From the NCBI GenBank assembly GCA_004524535.1, contig SDNY01000095.1, forward strand, positions 1 to 14,419: 14,419 nucleotides of DNA. Reading direction: 5' to 3'. The notes below the pieces were generated by a model. It was not told the DNA's origin and made no database searches. It saw only the letters and a program-made list of their open reading frames with translations. The position numbers and the translations under genes were made by a program. Shown here piece by piece: positions 8,647-14,419 of this stretch; the first letter of the stretch is position 1; each line of letters begins with the position of its first letter. This stretch comes from Promethearchaeota archaeon. Its GTDB lineage: Archaea; Asgardarchaeota; Lokiarchaeia; Sigyniarchaeales; SOKP01.

Positions 8647-9786
8647 TTAAACTTTTTCTAACTCCATTTCTTGAATTGCTTTACCCGACCTAAATGGTGT
8701 GTCATCAATAGACTCTCCAGGGCAATAACCAAATTTTTCGTTAAAGGCTTCGTTTAGTGACATAAAATACAGAGATAAGGGTAAATTCTGCGGACAGTTA
8801 TTATAACAATTACCACATTCTACACAGCGGTCCGCAACGTGCGCTATTCTAGTTAATTGATAAGTTTCTTTATTTATGGTTTTTTCTTTTCTCTTTTTCG
8901 AGAGAATGCAATCTACGCAGTAGCATACTGGACATCCTCTAATACACATGCCACACATGGTACATTGCAAAAGCCTTTCTATTTTCTCCTTTTGGGGCAC
9001 ATTAGCCCATTCTTCAAGATCCTTGGCCCTTTTTGCTTTTGCTTTCTCAAGAATTTCGTTCATTTTTTCTGAATTTGCATTTTTAACATCATCTGAAAGC
9101 GGTTTCTTTTGGATTTTAGATTTTTCTAAAAGATCGTTTCCTTTATCAGAATATACTTTCAAGATTATCTCATCAGAATCAATAGGAATTCCAATATCGC
9201 TTATAGATAAATCTGCGATAACTGGAGTTTTTCTACTACATCTAAGACAATTTTCAGAAGGTTGAATCCCTGTCTCTTTAGTACTGCCGTCGTCAAACTT
9301 AAAGATAAGACCGTTATCATTGATTTTTTCCTTAATAATTTTAGTAGGATCTATATCTTTTAAATTTTTTAACTCACGACCAACATTGACAGCCATTCCT
9401 CTATCTTCAATCCCAATAATAAACAAATTATCCAAGTTAACTTGTTTGATTTTAGCGAGTTCAATTAACGCTCTTGTATCGCAAGGACGAGCTATAAGAC
9501 CAATTTTTTCAGTTAAAGCGCCACCAACTGATTTATGTAAATATTTAGCAGCGGAATCGGTTCTAGCATAGCCATATGCAATAAAGTTAGTTAGAGGAAA
9601 ATTTTTCGCTTCTTCAGGGTTATCAATCAAGTTTGGAGAAATCGTAAATCGATCAACACTGCCTGACTTTTTATCTACTCTTTCTTGAGCACTAATTATT
9701 TTATCAACTATTTTTTCTTGCAATAATGTACTCAATAACTTTGGGAAATCTTCAATTTTTATAAGATATTCTGCTATTATATCCAA
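8647..9786 (-). CDS. FdhB/FrhB-family coenzyme F420-dependent oxidoreductase beta subunit with C-terminal 2[4Fe-4S] domain
   Basis: IARPCDTRALIELAK..QVNLDNLFIIG, ENCLRC, ADLSI, CTMCGMCIRGCPVCYCVDC and DRCVECGNCYNNCP; TTG start. Confidence 0.85.
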   Translation of the reverse strand: MDIIAEYLIKIEDFPKLLSTLLQEKIVDKIISAQERVDKKSGSVDRFTISPNLIDNPEEAKNFPLTNFIAYGYARTDSAAKYLHKSVGGALTEKIGLIARPCDTRALIELAKIKQVNLDNLFIIGIEDRGMAVNVGRELKNLKDIDPTKIIKEKINDNGLIFKFDDGSTKETGIQPSENCLRCSRKTPVIADLSISDIGIPIDSDEIILKVYSDKGNDLLEKSKIQKKPLSDDVKNANSEKMNEILEKAKAKRAKDLEEWANVPQKEKIERLLQCTMCGMCIRGCPVCYCVDCILSKKRKEKTINKETYQLTRIAHVADRCVECGNCYNNCPQNLPLSLYFMSLNEAFNEKFGYCPGESIDDTPFRSGKAIQEMELEKV

Positions 9787-9885
9787 TTATTTCCAACTCT
9801 TTTTTTATTAGATTATATGATTTATCTTATCAAAATTCTTTTCCAATGACTTTTTAATTTTTTAAAAATTTTAATTTAAATTTTC

Positions 9886-9959
9886 TATGCGTTAATGGAG
9901 CAACCATTTCTTCAGCTGAGTTCTCATTTTTTTAACTCAGCATCATTAGCTAACACATA
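9886..9959 (-). promoter_or_regulatory. Eukaryote-like (Loki-type) SECIS element in the 3' UTR of mvhD
   Basis: The minus strand reads UAUGUGUUA-GCUA-AUGAU-GCUGAGUU-AAAAAAAUGAG-AACUCAGC-UGAA-GAAAUGGUUGCUCCAU-UAACGCAUA. This gives a 9-bp lower helix, an AUGA/UGA tandem G.A core, a perfect 8-bp upper helix and an A-rich apical loop, directly after a gene with in-frame TGAs. Confidence 0.88.
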
Positions 9960-10418
9960 TTATGTTTTTGCTTTTCCTTTGGCTTTTTTCTTTTCAGTTG
10001 TGCCGCCTTTAGGTCTTAAAGGGCTTGGTCCTAGATCTCTTATTTTTTTATCGAACTCAATTGCGATTTCCCTAAATTTTGAACCTTCCGCTGAACTACA
10101 GAATTCCATTCTAATTCTTTCGGGCTCTAATCCAACCGCTTTAAGAACTTCAGTTATATATTCGGTGAGTCGATAAGCAAAATAATTACCCGTCTCAAAA
10201 TCACATTCATTTGGGTATCATCCAACAATTAACACACCATCAGCGCCTCTTCCGAAGGATCTCATTACTAGATCAGAACCAACTCTTCCCGTACAAGGAA
10301 CTAAAACAGTTCTTAATGATGGGGGATACTGTGCACGAATAGTTCCCGCCATATCAGCTCCGCCATATCCTCATTTCAAACATAAAAACGATAAAATTTT
10401 AATATCATTTTCTTTCAT
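9960..10418 (-). CDS. mvhD: MvhD/VhuD [2Fe-2S] subunit, selenoprotein with two Sec (U16, U67), 152 aa
   Basis: Hand translation: MKENDIKILSFLCLKUGYGGADMAGTIRAQYPPSLRTVLVPCTGRVGSDLVMRSFGRGADGVLIVGUYPNECDFETGN...GLEPERIRMEFCSSAEGSKF...LGPSPLRPKGGTTEKKKAKGKAKT*. Both TGAs align with conserved MvhD Cys (CxxC and GC). Missing from the ORF track. Confidence 0.95.
10218..10220 (-). other. In-frame UGA = selenocysteine U67 of MvhD
   Basis: DGVLIVG-TGA-YPNEC matches the family motif DGV.v.GC....C. Confidence 0.9.
10371..10373 (-). other. In-frame UGA = selenocysteine U16 of MvhD
   Basis: FLCLK-TGA-GYGGAD matches the family motif F.C.WC.Y..AD. Confidence 0.9.
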
Positions 10419-10431
10419 TTATATCCCCTCT
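10419..10431 (-). promoter_or_regulatory. 13-nt hdrA-mvhD spacer with RBS (AGAGGGGAT)
   Basis: Purine-rich SD-like sequence between the hdrA TAA and the mvhD ATG. It is too short for a promoter or a SECIS, which implies co-transcription. Confidence 0.65.
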
Positions 10432-12393
10432 TTAATCCTCCAATACCAATAATTCATCGATATAAGCGTTATATTGAATATCTCTGTAATAAGCCAATTC
10501 TATTGCTTTGGAAGGACAAATAGCAGCACAACTTCCACATCCTCTACAACTTATGAGATCTACTATTATATTTCCTTTTTCATTTACCGAAATAGCTGTA
10601 TAGGGACATGCCTCTATACATTTATAGCATTTAGCACATCTTTCATCAGAAGGTTCAGCTCGAATTAATTCTATAGAATAATCTCCTCTTCCCATTGGTA
10701 TACTAGCTGATGATGCGGCAGCTTTTGCTTGGCTTACAGAAAGCTCAATTGATTTTTGACCTTGACACGATCCTGCTAAAAATATTCCTGGAACTTTAGT
10801 ATTAATAGGATCAAGGCGAGCGTGTCTTTCTTTTAAATAACCATCTGGAGTTTTTTCAATATTCATAACTTGAGCGATCTCATTAGTACCTTGCGAAGGC
10901 AGCGAAGCCGATGATAAGATGACCATATGGAATTCGCTGGTAATTATTGTATCAGTTCCGACAGGTTCAAATTGAACGAGTAGATTTTTCGTTAAGGGAT
11001 CTTCTTCGATTTTTCCAATCATCCCTTTAATAAATGTTATACCAGCCTCTCTAGCTCTTCTATAATATTCTTCATAAGCTTTTCCAGCACATCTCATATC
11101 AATGTAATTTACAACTATATCGGAATCTGGATATTCTGATTTTATGAGTTTTGAATTTTTAACTGATAAATTACAACATACCACACTACAATATGGATTT
11201 GTGTTTACATCTCTCGATCCTACGCAATTAATAAACAATATTTTACTAGGTCGTTTCCTATCAGAAGGTCGTTTTAAATGTCCAAAAGTTGGGCCATTTG
11301 GAGCTAAAATTCTTTCAAGCTGAATTTGAGTTATAACATTCTCATAAATTCCATACCCATAATCATCACCTTGATAAAGATCCCAACCCGTTGCAACTAT
11401 TATCGTTCCAACCTCTAATTCAACGATTTCGTCCTGCATACTGAAATCTATTGCTCCTGTATCGCAAGCATCTTTACATGCAAAACATTCTACGCAAGAA
11501 TTTCTAACTATATCAGAAACCGCAGGAACCGCCTGAGCAAAAGCTATATCAATTACTTTCCTTGCAGATAAATTTTCATCAAAATAGTTAGGTACATAAA
11601 TTGGACAAACTTCTGTGCAGGCTCCACACCCCGTACACAACTCCTCATTGACGAATCGACTTTTACGTCTTACTTTAACGTTAAAATTTCCAATATATCC
11701 ATCCACTTCTATAACTTCACTATAAGATAAAATATCAATATTAGGATGGCGTTCTGCCTCTAACATTTTTGGTCCCAATATTCATATTGAACAATCATCT
11801 GTTGGGAATGTCCTATCAAGTTGAGACATTCTTCCTCCGGTTGTAGTATTTTTTTCAATTAAATATACTTTATACCCTGCATCACCTAGATCAATAGCTG
11901 CGGATAAACCAGCAATACCCCCGCCAATTATTAATGCAACTGGCTTTACAGGTACAACTTTTATTGGAATGTCTTCTAATAATCGAGCCCTTGAAACGCT
12001 TGCCTTAATCAACTCAATTGCTTTATTATCTGCTTTATCTCTTATTTCTGGATCTTGATGTACATAACTGCAATGTTCTCTAATATTAACAAATTCTAGA
12101 TATCTCTGTGGTAGTCCTGCTTCCTTCAAAATTGCATGAAAGACAGGTTGGTGCGTTAATGGAGTGCATGCAACGACTACTATTCGATTAAATCCTTTTT
12201 CCTTGATCTGTTCTTTAATATATTCAGAACCTCCGGAGGTACACAGGTTAAGATAATCCCACGCCCAAACATTTTCTAACTTATCGATTTCTCGTACTAA
12301 TTTTGGAACGTCTAGAATACCAGCAATGTTAATTCCTCAGCGGCACACGAAAACACCAATTTTCAAATCGTCTATGGTCTGATTTTCAGACAA
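10432..12393 (-). CDS. hdrA: Heterodisulfide reductase subunit A, selenoprotein with two Sec (U19, U204), 653 aa
   Basis: One frame from TTG 12393 (MSENQTIDDLKIGVFVCRUGINIAG...) joins track ORFs 11782-12129 and 10432-11778 through two TGAs. Motifs: VVVACTP, NIREHCSYVH, FAD-binding GGGIAG, TFPTDDCSIUILGPKM, CVGSRD..YCSVVCC and four CxxCxxCxxxC. An in-frame GTG at 12402 is an alternative start. Confidence 0.95.
11782..11784 (-). other. In-frame UGA = selenocysteine U204 of HdrA
   Basis: TFPTDDCSI-TGA-ILGPKM matches the TFPT.DC..CIL.PKM motif, the known Sec site of methanococcal HdrA. Confidence 0.92.
12337..12339 (-). other. In-frame UGA = selenocysteine U19 of HdrA
   Basis: KIGVFVCR-TGA-GINIAG matches the conserved N-terminal motif IGV(Y/F)VCxCG.NI. 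Confidence 0.88.
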
Positions 12394-12540
12394 TTTTTTC
12401 ACTTTTTTTAGTTATAACCTTATATTATTATTCTAAAATTATATTGATGATTATGTAAATAGTTCTATCATTATAAAAATAATTATTATAAATAATTGCT
12501 ATTTAATTAAATTCTAATCTTAGAAGACGAGATACTTAAA

Positions 12541-12562
12541 ATAAAAAAAATAAAATAAAAAA
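12541..12562 (-). terminator. Putative oligo-U terminator after the aor-FeS gene pair
   Basis: T-rich tract (T6-A-T4-A-T8) a few nt after the TAA at 12569. Confidence 0.4.
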
Positions 12563-12568
12563 GATTAA

Positions 12569-13111
12569 TTATTTGCTTTCATAATCCTCAATTATTTCGC
12601 CAAATAATCGCTTTACTGCATCAATACGGGTCTCTTCACCAATTTGCTCTACGTCTTTGAGCGAAATGGCTTCCTTTGGGCAAACAGCAATACATTGAGG
12701 TTCTCTTTTTCCAACTTCTGGGTCGATAAATTCCTCTTTCATTCCCTCACATAGATCGCAGATTAATGCTTTCTGGGTCTCCATATGAAACGAGATCACT
12801 CCAAAATCGCAGCCACGGATGCAAAATCCACATCCATTGCATTTATCATCATCAACTAGTATGGAACCTGTGTTAGGATCTTTTTCAAGAGCATGTTCGG
12901 GGCAAGCTCTAATACATGGAGCATCATCGCATTTTTGACATGCGAGAGCAATATTAAAGATTGGTTCTATTCGAACTCTATGAATTCGGGCGTTAATTGG
13001 TTGAAATTCTCCGTCATGAACAAATGAACATACAGACTCACATGTCTCACACCCAGTACAGAGGTTCGGATCAACAATAATAAAGCTATGTACCTTTTTC
13101 TTAGTCGCCAT
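12569..13111 (-). CDS. 4x[4Fe-4S] electron-transfer subunit (DmsB/HydN-like) of the aldehyde oxidoreductase
   Basis: CTGCETCESVC, CQKCDDAPCIRACP, CNGCGFCIRGC and CDLC..PQCIAVCP. Its ATG directly abuts the aor TAA (TAAATG), suggesting translational coupling. Confidence 0.9.
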   Translation of the reverse strand: MATKKKVHSFIIVDPNLCTGCETCESVCSFVHDGEFQPINARIHRVRIEPIFNIALACQKCDDAPCIRACPEHALEKDPNTGSILVDDDKCNGCGFCIRGCDFGVISFHMETQKALICDLCEGMKEEFIDPEVGKREPQCIAVCPKEAISLKDVEQIGEETRIDAVKRLFGEIIEDYESK

Positions 13112-14419
13112 TTATTTCTTTCCTCCGCTCTTCTCTAATTTCCCAATAACAAAATCTAATCCTAATTTTTTTAAAGTTTCATCTGTAGGAATACCTGTAT
13201 TTTCGTCCCATCCTCTTGCTTTATAATATCCTGATAGCAATGTTTGATATCCTTTTTCTTCTAAAGTAACTCCCTTGGTTGGACCTCTAGTGTGAGCTTG
13301 CTTGAAAAACCTTTCTGGTGGATGATCATCATCTCTTGTCCAGCCTGCTCTTACATTGAAACATTTTGAAAGAGTTACTATTGCATCTCCCCTCACGAGC
13401 ATAGTTTCATCAGTATGAGGAATACCCGTAACAAGTTCGAATACTTTAACCATCTCAGCGTCATTCTCATAAATACCTCTTGTGAATTTGCAAATAATAT
13501 AGGAGTCTATTAAAGCATATACATCTTCAAGTCCTTTTATAGCTTTTCCTCTCTCAACGGGTTTTTCATAACCAAATCTATCAAATGTTCCTTTCGCATC
13601 TAAACCATATGCACCATTCCTTAAATGACATGCACCTCGTATTGAAACACTTTCTCCAACAGCAAACGAAGTCATTCCATGGAGGTCAAATGCTGGCATT
13701 TCTAATCCTTTTATTTGCATTGCATAAAAACTTGCGTTTTTTCTCCCCTTTTCTTCGAGTCTTTTTCCAGCTTCTCTACTACCATCACCAAAGATCTCAC
13801 CAGCAAAACCTTTCCCTAGAATCATTTCTTCATTAAATCGAACTAGATTTTTAGTTGAGCCAAATGGTAATTCATATCCTAAATCGTCTTTTGTTATTAT
13901 CCCCTCTTCATAAAGATCACATGCCATCGCACATGTAACTCCTCCCGAAATAGCATCAATTCCTAAATCATCGCATTGAGTAATACATTTAAAAATAGTT
14001 GGCCAATCATCATTACCACACGCGGTGCCATATCCATATACTAACTCAACATCAACACTTGCTACAAGATTTGGATAATCAGGATGGCTTTTAGGGATTC
14101 TTGCTAAATGATCACATGCAATGGAACATTGAGAACATGCGACTTTTTTAACAATCCACTCTTCATTTAAAACTTCTCCATTTACTATACTTTCGCACTT
14201 ATCCCAGGTTCCTTCACGCATATTATTTATAGGAAACATACCAAGTTTATTATAACTGAGAATTCCCGCAGGCGTACCTTGATCACGGTATTTTGCTGTC
14301 GCAGGACCATTAGCGACTTTAATTAGTTTCTTAGCAATTTTGTAAAATTCTACTGGATGTGCAACTTTGGTTCCTTTTGTACCTCTAAAAGCTATAGCTT
14401 TAAGGTTTTTAGAACCCAT
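13112..14419 (-). CDS. aor: Tungsten-dependent aldehyde:ferredoxin oxidoreductase family protein (5' end beyond the window)
   Basis: MGSKNLKAI (an internal motif, so this M is not the true start), ACSQCSIAC, CDDLGIDAISGG, KGLEMPA, RGACH, ICKF and YYKARGWDENTGIP. Confidence 0.93.
   Translation of the reverse strand: MGSKNLKAIAFRGTKGTKVAHPVEFYKIAKKLIKVANGPATAKYRDQGTPAGILSYNKLGMFPINNMREGTWDKCESIVNGEVLNEEWIVKKVACSQCSIACDHLARIPKSHPDYPNLVASVDVELVYGYGTACGNDDWPTIFKCITQCDDLGIDAISGGVTCAMACDLYEEGIITKDDLGYELPFGSTKNLVRFNEEMILGKGFAGEIFGDGSREAGKRLEEKGRKNASFYAMQIKGLEMPAFDLHGMTSFAVGESVSIRGACHLRNGAYGLDAKGTFDRFGYEKPVERGKAIKGLEDVYALIDSYIICKFTRGIYENDAEMVKVFELVTGIPHTDETMLVRGDAIVTLSKCFNVRAGWTRDDDHPPERFFKQAHTRGPTKGVTLEEKGYQTLLSGYYKARGWDENTGIPTDETLKKLGLDFVIGKLEKSGGKK

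Noticed and set aside
9895-10176. Plus-strand 93-aa ORF
   Set aside because: Antisense shadow of mvhD and the SECIS, with no recognisable motifs.
9960-12393. hdrA and mvhD as pseudogenes, or hdrA as two separate genes as in the ORF track
   Set aside because: All four interruptions are TGA, in frame and at conserved Cys positions. There are no frameshifts, and a SECIS follows.
12394-12568. Possible 5' SECIS for hdrA (an AUGA occurs here on the minus strand)
   Set aside because: No stable helix or matching GA partner; it looks like AT-rich promoter/terminator sequence.
2329-13836. Other short track ORFs (2329-2778, 4713-4895, 5103-5321, 6533-6760, 7598-7801, 7934-8143, 8014-8298, 8857-9072, 8948-9265, 9320-9571, 10474-10668, 13585-13836)
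   Set aside because: All overlap well-supported genes, antisense or out of frame, and show no protein-family signal.
1-14419. Genome-wide reassignment of TGA to Trp or Gly (code 4/25)
   Set aside because: Other long genes have no internal TGA, Trp is encoded by TGG, internal TGAs match only Cys columns, and TGA ends the 4453-4914 gene.
1-14419. CRISPR array, tRNA/rRNA, IS element
   Set aside because: No regularly spaced repeats, cloverleaf, or transposase motifs seen by eye.

Overview
AT-rich archaeal window, most consistent with an Asgard (Lokiarchaeia-like) genome (inference). Every intact gene is on the minus strand. In transcription order: tungsten aldehyde:ferredoxin oxidoreductase (5'-truncated), its 4Fe-4S partner, hdrA, mvhD/vhuD, an FdhB/FrhB-family F420-binding subunit, an enolase-superfamily dehydratase, a sulfatase, a small Zn-ribbon protein, a Zn-finger membrane protein, a TPR protein, an FwdF-like polyferredoxin, a class I GAPDH, and a HerA-like ATPase (3'-truncated, absent from the ORF track). 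The main signal is hidden from the ORF track. hdrA (10432-12393) and mvhD (9960-10418) each contain two in-frame TGA codons at conserved Fe-S cysteine positions, so both are probably selenoproteins. A single eukaryote-like SECIS hairpin (AUGA..UGA core, A-rich apical loop) starts right after the mvhD stop and appears to serve all four UGA codons across two cistrons. Loki-type SECIS elements are known, so the phenomenon is not new in itself. Also noted: a Zn ribbon inserted in the HerA-like ATPase, a plus-strand GNAT gene remnant, and an AOR with altered active-site motifs.
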